A stretch of DNA of 61,334 bases, counting the filler, from Chiloscyllium plagiosum (taxonomy: Eukaryota), in NCBI RefSeq assembly GCF_004010195.1. It is 3 parts of one record of this genome, joined end to end, with 100 filler letters (N's around TTAATTAATTAA, not from the genome) between each part and the next. Parts side by side here need not be neighbours in the genome. Positions count along the whole stretch, not along the records: positions 1 to 25,978 come from NC_057717.1; positions 26,079 to 39,868 come from NC_057717.1; 1 more part is not named here. One strand, 5' to 3'. Under the pieces are notes generated by a model, which was not told where the DNA came from, searched no databases, and saw only the letters and a list, made by a program, of their open reading frames with translations. Below, piece after piece: positions 21,395-34,231 of the stretch (positions are counted from its first letter, which is position 1; the number at the start of each line of letters is the position of its first letter). Position numbers and translations under genes: made by a program.

Positions 21395-22600
21395 AAGCAA
21401 GATCTCACAATAGGGAATCTGGTAACTGATCCAGAGCTTCAGACCGGACCATTGGAAAGTGAATATTATCCCCAGGACCACACAGACTAATCTCCTCTTC
21501 GAGATAGTGGCCAGGGCATCATTTACACTCATCCTCAGCACTGACGCTCCGACAGTGCGGCACTCCCACAGCACTGACCCTCCGACAGTGCGGCACTCCC
21601 TCAGCACTGAGCGTCCGACAGTGCCCACTCCCTCAGCACTGACCCTCCGACGGTGTGGCACTCTCTGGGCACTGACCCTCCGACAATGCCCACACCCTCA
21701 GCACTGACCCTCCAACAGTGCGGCACTCCCTCAGCACTGACCCTCCGACAGTGCGGCTCTCCCTCAGCACTGACCCTTCGACAGTGCGGAACTCCCTCAG
21801 CACTGACCCTCCGACAGTGCAGCACTCCCTCAGCACTGACCCTCCGACAGTGCGGCACTCCCTTAGCACTAACCCTCTGACAGTTTGGCACTCCCTCAGC
21901 ACTGACCCTCCGACAGTGNNNNNNNNNNNNNNNNNNNNNNNNNNNNNNNNNNNNNNNNNNNNNNNNNNNNNNNNNNNNNNNNNNNNNNNNNNNNNNNNNN
22001 NNNNNNNNNNNNNNNNNNNNNNNNNNNNNNNNNNNNNNNNNNNNNNNNNNNNNNNNNNNNNNNNNNNNNNNNNNNNNNNNNNNNNNNNNNNNNNNNNNNN
22101 NNNNNNNNNNNNNNNNNNNNNNNNNNNNNNNNNNNNNNNNNNNNNNNNNNNNNNNNNNNNNNNNNNNNNNNNNNNNNNNNNNNNNNNNNNNNNNNNNNNN
22201 NNNNNNNNNNNNNNNNNNNNNNNNNNNNNNNNNNNNNNNNNNNNNNNNNNNNNNNNNNNNNNNNNNNNNNNNNNNNNNNNNNNNNNNNNNNNNNNNNNNN
22301 NNNNNNNNNNNNNNNNNNNNNNNNNNNNNNNNNNNNNNNNNNNNNNNNNNNNNNGACAGTGCGGCACTCCCTCAGCACTGACTCTCCGACAGTGCGGCAC
22401 TCCCTCAGCACTAACCCTCTGACAGTGCAGCACTCCCTCAGCACTGACCCTCCGACAGTGCGGCACTCCCTCAGCACAGACCCTCCGACAGTGCGGCACT
22501 CCCTGAGCACTGACCCTCCGATAGTGCGGCACTCCCTCAGCACTGACCCTCCGATAGTGCGGCACGCCCTCAGCACTGACCCTCCGACAGTGCGGCACTG
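21395..22600 (-). repeat. DeuSINE-like tail (21395-21535) fused to a 33-bp minisatellite array
   Basis: Reverse strand: array then TGTAAATGATGCCCTGGCCACTATCTCGAAGAGGAG...GTCCTGG..AATATT, similar to the recalled Deu-domain consensus. Confidence 0.75.
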
Positions 22601-24003
22601 ACAGTATGGAGACAAACAGGCCCCCTTCCTGTTTGCTCCTGAAATCCTGCTGTTAGGTCCAGGCGCTCAGCACAATTGCCCTCCCTCGAGTACCCCCATC
22701 AGCCCACTGGTGAGTCTGCTCGGTGCTGCAATGAAATCCAGGCTGCTCCGATACACCACCATTCGGCCTACGCTCCGTCCCCTCACTGACAAACAACCCA
22801 CCTCAACCCAACCTCCACATCCCTGACCTTCCTGAGGAAGGGGGGGGGGGGGGGGGTGTGGGGACAGTTCCAACGTTGAAAAGCCATTTGGAAAAGGGCA
22901 TGGTTAGGAAAGGTTTGGAGGGAGATGGGCAGGGAGTGGGCAGGTGGGACTAGTTTAGTTTGGGATTATGGTCAGCACGGTCTGGGTGGGCCGAAGGGTC
23001 TGTTTCTGTGCTGTTGGACCCTCAGTACGTAGATGTAAAAGACCTTTGGATGGGTACATGGACAGGGAAGGGTTTTGAGGGGTATGGACCAAACGCAGCC
23101 GAATAGGGTTAGCTCCGTTAGGGAGACATTAACCACTGTGTGAAAGCATCCCACTGTCCTCTGGCCCTACCTCCCACCTTCAATGAGATTGCACCCCCCC
23201 CATCCTAAGTCTTCCACACAAAGGGGAGCAACTGCTCCACATCTCCCCTCCCTCCCAAAAGTGTGGAGATACCGGTGTCAGACAGGGGTGGACGCAGTCA
23301 GAAATCTGAACATGGGGTAGCGCTCCGAGAGTTGGAGGTCTCAAACAGACCTGACGGACAATAACCTGGAANNNNNNNNNNNNNNNNNNNNNNNNNNNNN
23401 NNNNNNNNNNNNNNNNNNNNNNNNNNNNNNNNNNNNNNNNNNNNNNNNNNNNNNNNNNNNNNNNNNNNNNNNNNNNNNNNNNNNNNNNNNNNNNNNNNNN
23501 NNNNNNNNNNNNNNNNNNNNNNNNNNNNNNNNNNNNNNNNNNNNNNNNNNNNNNNNNNNNNNNNNNNNNNNNNNNNNNNNNNNNNNNNNNNNNNNNNNNN
23601 NNNNNNNNNNNNNNNNNNNNNNNNNNNNNNNNNNNNNNNNNNNNNNNNNNNNNNNNNNNNNNNNNNNNNNNNNNNNNNNNNNNNNNNNNNNNNNNNNNNN
23701 NNNNNNNNNNNNNNNNNNNNNNNNNNNNNNNNNNNNNNNNNNNNNNNNNNNNNNNNNNNNNNNNNNNNNNNNNNNNNNNNNNNNNNNNNNNNNNNNNNNN
23801 NNNNNNNNNNNNNNNNNNNNNNNNNNNNNNNNNNNNNNNNNNNNNNNNNNNNNNNNNNNNNNNNNNNNNNNNNNNNNNNNNNNNNNNNNNNNNNNNNNNN
23901 NNNNNNNNNNNNNNNNNNNNNNNNNNNNNNNNNNNNNNNNNNNNNNNNNNNNNNNNNNNNNNNNNNNNNNNNNNNNNNNNNNNNNNNNNNNNNNNNNNNN
24001 NNN

Positions 24004-24310
24004 ACCCTCTGACAGTGTGGCACTCCCTCAGCACTGACCCTCCGACAGTGCGGCACTCCCTCAGCACTGACCCTCCAACAGTGCGGCACTCCCTCAGCAC
24101 TGACCCTCCAACTGTGCCCACTCCCTCTGCGCTGACTCTCTGACAGTGCCCACTCCCTCAGCAATGACCCTCTGACAGTGCGGCACTACCTCAGCACTGA
24201 CTCTCCGACAGTGCCCACTCCCTCAGCACTGACTCTCTGACAGTGCCCACTCCTTCAGCAATGACCCTCTGACAGTGCCCACTCCCTCAGCAATGACCCT
24301 CTGATAGTGT
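24004..24310 (-). repeat. 32/33-bp minisatellite
   Basis: Same unit as 4051-6925, reverse orientation. Confidence 0.9.
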
Positions 24311-25292
24311 GTCTCAGATCCCTCCACTTTGCCTGACCTGGGGACTGAGATTTAGAGACTTTTCGAAAGTCTGTGGTAATCCTGCGTGAGAATGCAATAG
24401 ATGTTTATGTTTTGCACTGAAAGTAATTGCTGTGTTGTAATGTGCACTTTAGCCTCTGTATCAGCAAGTCACCTCATCTTAATTATAAATGATATCATAT
24501 TTGACATGAGTTGTGTAATAATTGTCTCTCCTGGTGGCAAAATGTTATGTTGAGTTTTGTAAACACTGTGTACCAAATCTGTACACTGTTCCAAAATTTG
24601 AAAAAGTATGCATCTGAAGATGTGCATTATTGGATTCTGGATAAGTGTGCACTTTTAACCTGTCAAAACCCAACCACTGGCAAAGATCGAGCATGGAAAC
24701 AGACCATTCGGCCCAACTCGTCCATGCTGACCCAGATATCCCAACCTAATCTGGTCCCATTTGCCAGCACCCGGCCCATATCCCTCCAAACCCTTCCTAT
24801 TCATGTCCCCCTCCAGATGCCTTTTAAATGTTGTCATTGTACCAGCCTCTAGAGATGTTTGAAGCAAGGGATGAGGTAAAGGCCATTCGGCCCTACCCCA
24901 CCCCCACGTTCTGCCCTCCATTGCTATACATCTTGGGTCAATTTGGGATGGGCAGTCCCAAAATTCCTCACTCGCTAAATATCTCCACTAACCCTGAGCG
25001 CCGTGAACTGTAATGATTGGCGCCCAGTTTACAGGATACCACACGTGACACGGCCCCCTGACTGCCACCAAACCAAAAGGCCACAGGTCTCCAAACTTCG
25101 TTGCCATGATGAATCTTTTCATGATCCTTCCCTCCCCATCCCCCTCCAGCAGATGACTCCGTCAACTGTTGAGACTGGAGGAAGAGGACAGTGAAGCAAA
25201 GACAGTCAGAGTGACATGGATCTGCTGATCCTCAGGATATCCTCAGGCAATCCGACCTTGACTGGATATTTCAGACTGCTGATGAGGTCAGC

Positions 25293-25978
25293 ACAGCAAG
25301 ATCCCAAAATTGGGAATCTGGTAACTGACCCAGAGGCTTCAGACCGGACCATTGGAAAGTGAATATTATCCCCAGGACCACAGAGACTAATCTCCTCTTC
25401 GAGATAGTGGCCAGGGCATCATTTACACTCATCCTCAGCACTGACTGTCCGACAGTGCCCACTCCCTCAGCACTGACCCTCCGACAGTGCGGCATTCCCG
25501 CAGCGCTGACCGTCTGACAGTGCGGCATTCCCTCAGCACTGACCCTCCGACAGTGCTGCACTCCCTCAGCACTGACCCTCCGACAGTGCGGCACTCCCTC
25601 AGCACTGACCCTCTGACAATGCAGCACTCCCTCAGCACTGACTCTCCAACAGTACCCACTCCCTCAGCACTGACCCTCTGACAGTGCGGCACTCCCGCAG
25701 CACTGACCCTCTGACAGTGCAGCACTCCCTCAGCACTGACCCTCTGACTGTGCGGCACTCCCTCAGCACTGACCCTTCGACAGTGTGGCACTCCCACAGC
25801 ACCGACCCTCCGACAGTGCGGCACTCCCTCAGCACTGACCCTCTGACAATGCAGCACTCCCTCAGCACTGACTCTCCAACAGTACCCACTCCCTCAGCAC
25901 TGACCCTCTGACAGTGCGGCACTCCCGCAGCACTGACCCTCTGACAGTGCAGCACTCCCTCAGCACTGACCCTCTGAC
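25293..25978 (-). repeat. Second DeuSINE-like tail (25293-25435) fused to a 33-bp minisatellite array
   Basis: Tail nearly identical to 21395-21535 with the same array junction (CATCCTCAGCACTGAC). Confidence 0.8.
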
Positions 25979-26078
25979 NNNNNNNNNNNNNNNNNNNNNN
26001 NNNNNNNNNNNNNNNNNNNNNNTTAATTAATTAANNNNNNNNNNNNNNNNNNNNNNNNNNNNNNNNNNNNNNNNNNNN
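25979..26078. other. Artificial contig-joining spacer (44N-TTAATTAATTAA-44N)
   Basis: Exactly 100 bp, symmetric, stop codons in all six frames, repeated identically at 39869-39968. Confidence 0.95.
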
Positions 26079-26380
26079 CTATCCTTTTCTTCTCTCGTGA
26101 ATCGGATTCCTGTGGGTGTGGCGTTGATGATCCGGTGTGTTTTTTTTCTATTTCCGTGTTTTTAATGATTACAAACGTGTCATCGACATATCTGACCCAG
26201 AGTTTGGGTTGAATTTGTGGTAGGACTCTTTGTTCTAACCTTTGCATAACTGCCTCTGCTATGAGTCCCAAGATTGGTGACTAGCCAGGGGACGTAACGT
26301 TTGCAACAAAAACTTCCAGCTCGGCGAACAGAACCACAACAACGAGCACCCGAGCTACAAATCTTCACACAAACTTTGAT
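26079..26380. mobile_element. Penelope-like RT fragment (minus, to ~26275) abutting a plus-strand 3' terminus
   Basis: GLIAEAVMQRLEQRVLPQIQPKLWVRYVDDTFVII (YVDD RT motif); terminal AACGAGCACCCGAGCTACAAATCTTC. Confidence 0.8.
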
Positions 26381-26429
26381 CCCTTAACCACCCTGCTTTC
26401 GGACGTATTCATGCCCATTGTAGGTGCCA

Positions 26430-26497
26430 GTTTCTGTGCCTCAAATGGTCAGCGCGTTTGAATGAATGGTTGCTGATTCGAACTCACAGGCACGGAG
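26430..26497 (+). pseudogene. Degenerate tRNA-Asn-like pseudogene (anticodon arm deleted)
   Basis: GTTTCTGTGCCTCAAATGGTCAGCGCGTTTG vs Asn GTCTCTGTGGCGCAATCGGTTAGCGCGTTCG; GGTTGCTGATTCGAACTCAC as variable/T arm. Confidence 0.4.
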
Positions 26498-27222
26498 CCT
26501 CAAATATTCCAGATCAAACATTGAGACCGACCATACACCGACAATGCAATCATAACAACTCATCTGTGAATCACCCCGAATCCGCTCAGAGTGAGACAAG
26601 AACACAAAGCAGAATGTGGTTCCACTCTCTGCAATTTCCCGTTGCCAGTGGAAAACGGCGACTGCAGCTTCAATCAGCGGCTTCCTGCCCAGTCTTGGGA
26701 CACAGCACATACGAACTCCCTCAGGAACGGACGTGCCGTGTGAAGGGGATAAATTCCACTTGAAATTGGTAACGACTTCAGTAGATTGAAAGATTGTTCC
26801 ACATCTTACAACATTTTTAAGCCTCACTTCTGTTTCGAAAATTGTAAGTGGTAAAGCATGAAAATCAAACAAAGTGTTTTTTGTGTTGACTATGTCTTGT
26901 CAGGCAGATGGGATTTCCTACACTCCAAACAGTAATGATTGGGTTTCCTGAGGTTATTTCCCGATTGAATTGCCATCTGCCAGAATTACTAAGAATCACA
27001 TCAGCGGCCTAAAAAGGAGGGTAAAATATGAAAATATTAATATTGAATTTTAAATCCCTGGACAAGTGCTAAATACATTGCAATGTTCTGAAGGAATGAC
27101 AGCTGAGAAGTAGAAGGTGAAACTAATCTTCTTTGGGATTGGGAGGAATGAATTGGATCCTTGCAAATTGCGGTGCCAGTTGAATTATGCTCAATATGAA
27201 ATGAGAAACTAATGAGCAGTGA

Positions 27223-27300
27223 GCCCGAACTGGCGATCTTAGTTGGTGGAGCTTGAGACGCTTAATCTCAGGACCGTGTGTTTGAATCCCACGCTGGGCG
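27223..27300 (+). pseudogene. tRNA-Lys(CTT) pseudogene
   Basis: GCCCG...TGAGACGCTTAATCTCAGGACCGTGTGTTTGAATCCCACGCTGGGCG; intact anticodon stem TGAGA/TCTCA, CTT at 27261-27263; small insertion and damaged B box. Confidence 0.8.
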
Positions 27301-28425
27301 CTTTCGGTCTTTCATGGGATCCCAGCTTTTCATTCCACTTGCAGTAATGCAACTGAACACAGTGGCGTGTTCTCTCGTTCCGGTTGCTTTTGATAACACG
27401 CCGTTTTCTGAGTACAATCTGTCTCAGTTTTAGTGGAAGTGCCAGAAATAAGTCCATTGGTGCAACTGAATATACGATGAGTAATGTCACTTGCAAAGCG
27501 TAAGGTTCCACTCCATACGGGCACAAACCAAGTGCTCAGAAATACGGAATGCGAATGACCACTTGCTTGGGGGACTGACAGTGATGGTCCCATGTCAAGT
27601 GGTCCACAACCAAAATTGACTGATTTCGAAGATTTTATGAAAACCTAAGGAAACTCTCCCTGAACGTTTCCCAGTTCACACGGAAAATTATCTTATTGTG
27701 TGCCCATATGGGTTTACGCAATAAACAGTTTATTGTGAGTAACGGGGTCGTGGTTGGGCAGGATTCTGAGGTTTGAATGTGGTACAGAAGTAGTATAGTC
27801 GAACGGGCAAATCAAAAATCCGGAGCAGAGAGAACTGATTGGTCCAGGTTCACTCCCCCATCTTCTGTTTCTGTACCAAAATCAGACATTGCTGGAATAT
27901 CTCAGCAGATCTGGTTGCATCTTCGAAAGGAAAACAGAGTTAAGATTTCGGCACTAATGACGCTCCGTTTTCCATGTCCATCTCCCTCTGCCTTTCTGCA
28001 CCCATCCTTTTCTTGAATATCTCCTGACTTCCAGTTTTAAACAAATGTTCTATTTTATTAATTCCACTCCAACAATATTCCAAGTCTCGAAATTTGTATC
28101 AGACCTGTGCCATCTCTCACTTTTCCCAGTTCTGACCGGAGTACTTCGAACAGAACAATTAACTCTGTTTCTAGTTCATTAGATACTAGATGCCCAGAGA
28201 CTGGAAGGCATCGGAGGCTTCTTTGAGCTTTCATCACACCGAGTCTGATCCAACATTTATCATGGCTGATACCTTTCCCAACGCAATTCTCCAACCTTCT
28301 CCCTGCAACACTTATTCTGCCTGAATTTAGAATACAGTCTCTTTCCCAGAATGGGTCTAAATCAATCCTAAACCCCTCCACATTTGTGGGCGGCTGTTCC
28401 ACCATGTCTGTGTCTGACCGAGGTC

Positions 28426-28480
28426 AGTTTCCGTCCTGCATGGCAAACCCGGTGTGTTCTGTGTAAAGCAAACCCGGTTG
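28426..28480 (-). pseudogene. Possible tRNA-Val remnant (3' two thirds)
   Basis: Reverse strand GTTTGCTTTACAC...GGGTTTG...GACGGAAAC resembles the Val anticodon arm and 3' end. Confidence 0.3.
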
Positions 28481-29347
28481 GGGGACAGCATACTCGTGTC
28501 TCTGGCCTCACTGTGTCTCTACGGGAGAGCAGTTATCACCTTCATCTCCCAAGAGAAGGATCCCTGCTTTAAAAAGCGGAGCAGAAAGCACCATAGGCGT
28601 GTGTGAGAACATCGGTGGAGATTATTACTTGCTGATCTGATCAGTAAAACTTACTCTTTATGTATCCGCCCATTCCTGTTATTATGGTGAAAGGGAATAC
28701 AAGTGTGTGATTTTATTCAATATGTATACTTCCTTGTTCTGAATATGCGTGGATATTTCCAGCACAGATGGTCAATACGTTTTAGAATGTAGTCAGCGGG
28801 CCCTGATCCTTTCTGAATAGTAGAAGTATCAGTTTGTGCGAAAGTGGCCTAGTTCCAAGCTGAGCAGAAATGTTGTTCTTTACCCTTTAAGATTGGCAGT
28901 ATTCCAGATTGTGATGTATGGGGCTTTATTGCGGTCTCATCAGCAGTCCTTGTTTTGAATTTGTTCCCCTACTCCAGTAGTGAAAATGATAACAGTTCCA
29001 AATAGTTGCTGTGTGAAAATGTTTTCAAATTTATCTCTGCAGTGTTCCTGAATATGCGCCAATGTCTGCAGCACTGCTGGCCTTCCTGTATATGAGTGCA
29101 GTTACGAACGTCCCTCAGCCCAGGGGCTGCAGTAAAAATTGTCTACGCCTACTCAGCCTTGCCAAACAGGCCAGACACCGCAAAGCTGGCAACATTTTTG
29201 TCAATATTTCCTGAACATTATTATGTGATATCTTTACTTTTTTTCAATCATACTAATAACCCTGAACAATCTCGATCTACTCATAACAGAAAGGTAATGC
29301 ATTGAGTGGCTGCCAACTGCAGTGATGTATGAAAATCAGCTGGCCTG

Positions 29348-29422
29348 GTTGCACGGTTGGGACGTCAGTATGACGTTCATATTGCACCCAAAACGTCCTC
29401 CGTTCAAAAACAGGCAGGAACA
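29348..29422 (+). pseudogene. Degenerate tRNA-Val-like pseudogene
   Basis: GTATGACGTTC...CAC..AAAACGTCCTCCGTTCAAAAACAGGCAGGAACA vs Val TTATCACGTTC...CACGCGAAAGGTCCCCGGTTCGAAACCGGGCGGAAACA. Confidence 0.5.
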
Positions 29423-30821
29423 GCCTTGATCCCTTTTCATGGGTGGTAGCCTTTTCAATTGACGGGAAAAGAGCGTTCGTGCTTATTGTTCTCATCAGCA
29501 AACCTGGCTTTGAATTTGCTCGCCCATATGTGCTGCCTTGGTGAAAACGAATTCTATTCTGATTAATTGTTGTGCGAAAATTAGTTAAGTGTCTCTCCTC
29601 GGAGAAAGTGAGGAAAGTGATGAAAAAGGGTTATTGCCAGAATCAGTGTTTCTCCTGCTGCTCAGATGCTGCCTGACCTGCTGTGCTTATCCAGCAACAC
29701 TCTCTCAACAAAGTTTCTCTCCTCCCTGGTCGATGAGCTGTTGCGATTTGGACACTTTCGATTGCTGTCCTGTTTAAGGCGTAGTTACTAGGGACTGGCA
29801 CTTTCTTTACCAGTAGTACTGCGTTTGCTTTACAAGTGAAGGGGGTTCGGTTCAGTGTCAAGGAGATCCTACTTGGTTTGCGTCACAGAGAACACCGGAC
29901 TTCCGATTTATAATCTCTATGAAAAGCATCCCAAACTATGTTCTAACTTGCCTCATTTGGACTCTATCTGGCGTTTCTCAACTTGTGTGAAACAAAACCA
30001 GAAACTCTCAATGATGTTTTGGAGTAGATCACATATTCACATTTCTAAGCACCAAACACCTTCATGGCTCTTTCAGTCAACAACAGGGATGAAAATATTT
30101 ACAGACTCAGAGGAACTGCATGACTCACATTTCATACAGTCACTAATATTACCGTGTATTCTAAAATCTAAGCCATGTTGTAACTGAAATTGAGGAAATT
30201 ACAGACAGGTTACTAAATGACATTGACTCCATTTTGTTTTTTTTATATATCATAGAGTTCCAGAAAAGTACGAACATGGAGGGAGAGGAATGCAAGTCAC
30301 GTGAAGCTCTGGTGAAACACCTTCTCTCTGATTCAGTCAGCAACATGAGAAGTGAATGCGAGTAAGGCGGGGTAGCTTTTCACAGTTCGAATAAAGAAAA
30401 AGATCATGTACAGTTATCACCTCTCTGACAACTTTGATCTGTTTTTACCTTCTCTCAATATGTGTAGAAACTCATTTCTGTACATTTCTAAGTAAGAACT
30501 GTTTGATGTACTAACAGAAAGTTAGTTGCATACCCTGGATTCTCACACAGGTTTCCAACTCAGTTGGCAGTTGCTCATGACACTTCTGGAAAATGCATAG
30601 TAATAGGAGAAAAAACAAGGTAAGTTGTAACTCATATTGGCACCATGTTTCTCATAACCTCGCTACGTGGTCTGCCATTCTCGGATTCCAGTGCGAACTC
30701 AGTTTTTCATGTAGAGGGCTTCCTTTCAGTTGCTTATTCTGCGAAACAGGTGCAATCGCTGAGAGCATGCTGCATGGAATCATCAGGCACACGGTCTTAG
30801 GTTCCCAGATTTTGCCTCTCT

Positions 30822-30903
30822 GCGAGCGTGGCTCAGAAATCTGAGGCTCTATTTTCACGTTCCAGTTCTTAAGAAGGCTTGCGTTTGAATCCCTGCACTG
30901 CCA
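30822..30903 (+). pseudogene. tRNA-Leu pseudogene (long variable arm)
   Basis: 82-nt colinear match to GGTAGCGTGGCCGAGCGGTCTAAGGCGCTG...TCCAGTCTCTTCGGAGGCGTGGGTTCGAATCCCACCGCTGCCA with many substitutions. Confidence 0.7.
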
Positions 30904-31224
30904 CTTGCGCTGACGGATTAGACTGGCAACATTTGGCAGGGATGAGCTGTGTTGAAGTTGAACAGAAAAAAAGTAATCATTCCATCTGAACCACGCTATG
31001 ATATAGTATCGCACAGAGCCTCCAACGTGTCAGTGTTCACGCTGTGTTACCCTGACGCTTTTGTTGTCACATTCTCCCACAGCTCAATCGGGACCCAAGC
31101 AGGCTGCGCCAGGTTTTCATATCCCAGACAATTTTCTTTGTTCACCGTTTTCTCTGAAAGTGAATGGAGATAGTCATTTCACTGCTGTTACATTGAATCT
31201 GCCCGCCATTATTTCACCGCTGTT

Positions 31225-31890
31225 GTGAAACAAATGGAATTCAAAGCAAATGTAATATTGCCATTTGTTTCAAGAGGGTTGGAATGTATAAGCAGCGATG
31301 TGCTACTGAGACTTTATAAAGCTCTGGTTAGGCCCCATTTAGAATACCGTGCCTAGTATTTACCCAACATCTCAGCAAGGACATTTTGGCACTGGAGCTT
31401 GTCCAGCAGAGATTCACACGGATGATCCGTGGAATAGTAGGCCTAACTTATGACGAGTGGCTGAGGATCTTGGGATTGTATTCGTTAGTCTTTAAAAAGT
31501 TGAGCGGAGATCTAATAAAACATTACAAGACAATGCATGGCTTAGAAAGAGTGGGCACTGGAAGACCGCTTCCGTCAGGTGGAGATACAAGGATTCGTGG
31601 GCACAGCCTTATAATTAGAGGCGGTCAATATGCAGTGGAAATGTGGAGACTTGTCTTCAGCCAGGGAGTAGTGGGACTGTGGAATTTACTGCTATGGAGC
31701 ACACTGGAAGCCGGGACATTAAACGTCTTCAGGGCAGAGGTTGATGAACTATTAATCTCGAAAGGAATTAAGGGATACGGGGAGAGTATGGGTAAGTGGC
31801 GTTGAAATGCCCATCAGCCATGATTCAATGGCAGAGTGGACGCGATGGGCCGAATGACCGAACGTCCACTCCGATTTCTTTTATGCTTAT
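31225..31890 (+). mobile_element. Old CR1 LINE 3' end
   Basis: ALELVQQRFTRMIRGIVGLTYDEWLRILGLYSL...GDLIKHYK...TRIRGHSL. Confidence 0.85.
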
Positions 31891-31975
31891 GGTTGTTCAC
31901 CTTGTGAATGCTGTTTTCTCAATTTGCACGTTTACATTACATATCGACAAGCTGTCTCAGCTGTGGCTGATCTTT

Positions 31976-32048
31976 GGGACAGTGATGTAATGCATAACGC
32001 ATCTGACTTCAAGTTGGGAGGTTGTAGTTTCGAATTCAACATCACCGG
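31976..32048 (+). pseudogene. tRNA-Arg pseudogene (anticodon now TCA)
   Basis: GGGACAGTGATGTAATGCATAACGCATCTGACTTCA vs Arg GGGCCAGTGGCGCAATGGATAACGCGTCTGACT; paralogous to 36623-36695. Confidence 0.65.
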
Positions 32049-32718
32049 AGTGCAGCATGCTCGTTCGTCCCCATTACAATTTACCTGTTGTCTGTCACGA
32101 ACTGAAGCGGTTGGGATTGTGAATTTGAAGTTGCATTTGTGACTTTCGTCCATTTTAAACTCCAGCTCACCACAATGTCTCTCATTGCTTGGACCACCGT
32201 CTTAGGTTCGACCAAACACTGCCTTTTGGCGGAGAAAGTTGTGTGTTGGGGCGGAGAGCGGACGTGAAGCACAAGGAACTCTTTTCATCCTGAAACCTCT
32301 GCCACTCCCGGGGTATGTGTTTGCGTATCTCCCTCATTGGATGAAAACGAGATGGGTTCTTTTCGGAAGTTGCAACAAAGTGTGAACATGTCAAACTTCA
32401 GTCCCACTGTTGAGACATTTAAGATCAAAGGGAGAATCTCATTGACATTTTCTCTGGAACAATCCGAACACTTAAGGTTATGGACCAAAGCTGTAAACTG
32501 GGAAAAGAATAGATGAATGTCTTTCAACCGCACTGCACCATGGATCGAAAGGTCTTTTCCACTCTGTAAAACTTGAAGACGAGTAGAAACCAATCTGCAA
32601 CGAAACTGATCAGAAATGAAAAGGCAGAAGATACTTCAATGAGAATAAGTAAAAGAGAGTCTCTGTTCGTACTGTGAAGGTAGTAATTAGGATTTGGAGC
32701 TCTAACCGCTGCATCAGT

Positions 32719-33043
32719 GGGCGGCACGGTGGCACAGTGGCACAGTGGTTAGCACTGCTGCCTCACAGCGCCTGAGACCCGGGTTCAATTCCCGCCTCAG
32801 GCGACTGACTGTGTGTAGTTTGCATGTTCTCCCCGTGTCTGCGTGGGTTTCCTCCGGATGCTCCGGTTTCCTCCCACAGTCCAAAGATGTGCAGGTCAGG
32901 TGAATTGGCCATGCTAAATTGCCCGTAGTATTAGGTAAGGAGTAAATGTAGGGGTATGGGTGGGTTGAGCTTCGGCGGGTCGGTGTGGGCTTGTTGGGCC
33001 GAAGGGCATGTTTCCACACTGTAATGTAATCTAATCTAATCTA
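32719..33043 (+). mobile_element. Young full-length HE1-type SINE
   Basis: Complete A box (with 8-nt duplication GGCACAGT), B box, V domain, CR1-like tail, (AATCT)n end. Confidence 0.92.
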
Positions 33044-34231
33044 AAGCATTGTTTCTATTCTCTGTAAGGGAATGAATGTTTTGTTATGGAAATATGTCGT
33101 GGTACCAGTGTTTTTGACAGCTTTTCTGAAGCTGGCACGTGGTTGCTTTTATGCCAAACGCTATTTAGAATAATAGAAATCTAAAAGATACAGGTTTTAT
33201 AAATCAGACGTCAAAACCAGAAACTCAGTCCGCCTGACAACATTTATGTATAGAAACATATTATTGTAAATGGACAGACCAGTTTAGTTATACGTTTCTC
33301 GATTATAATGTCGGGAAAATGATCAGTTTCACCTGATATTTATCAAAATCGCTCCTGAGCTTACAACCACCAACGTTACAAATTTAAAAGGACATAATCG
33401 GCTGTAATGCTGCTTCCATCTCCCTGAGCTGGTGAAAGGCTGTGTTTAAATCGAACCCTTTCCCTTTTCCTTTCTGTCAGTTGGAAGTCACGTCGAATGG
33501 AGAATAGTTTCTTTCAGTGTCTACCTCAATATGCGTTTCTGTTTTTTTTTTTCTCTATTTGTCTCTGTGCATCCTGCTGAGTCTCTTTCACATTCCCCGA
33601 CTCTCTGTCTGTGTATATCGTTCATTTCACATTTCTGCTCATTGAAAAGCCTTACATTCAGAGACAGTTTGAGAGTGGAGCAGCTTAGAGGCTTTCTGGC
33701 CCCTGCCTGGGGTCAGTGGAAATAGGCTCACATTCTCTGGATAATGACTGTCACTTCAGCCTGAGGTAAGGAGACATTTCTTCCGCAAAATATTATGACC
33801 CTTTCGAGTTGAATTCCTTATCCAACAGAAAGAAGTAATTACGTAACAGCTAGAGGAGAAGAAGGATGCATTTACTATTGGTATACAACAAATGAATGAT
33901 GACAGCAGATAATGATGGCGATCAGCTCGTGGTGTCTGTGCTATTACCACAACATTCTGCAATGTCTCCTGCTTCACCTCTTTATTTCCACCAAACTGGA
34001 AATGAAGGAAGGAGAATAAGAGGAAGAGAAGCAGAAGTGCTTATGGAACAGCGGGAAGAATCTCCAGGATGAAATTGTAGTTCGAAAGTATAACATACAC
34101 TGCTGAAACTAAACCGGGAAAAAGAAGCAGGAACACGAAATCAGAACAGGCTGGATCTCAAACAGAACGCTGATTTGCGTGATCAGCAACACTATACTTG
34201 TGAAAAATAACGAGCTTTCAATACAATGAGC

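Noticed and set aside
26023..26034. Palindromic TTAATTAATTAA as a biological site
   Set aside because: Centred in a symmetric N spacer; assembly linker
29800..29870. tRNA-Val(TAC)-like GCGTTTGCTTTACAAGTGAAG
   Set aside because: Only the anticodon region matches; too weak to call
31976..32048. Functional opal-suppressor or selenocysteine tRNA (TCA anticodon)
   Set aside because: Body is Arg-type with broken acceptor and T stems; TCA is explained by CpG deamination of TCG
32719..32800. Intact-looking tRNA A/B boxes
   Set aside because: Head of an HE1 SINE, continuing into the V domain and CR1-like tail
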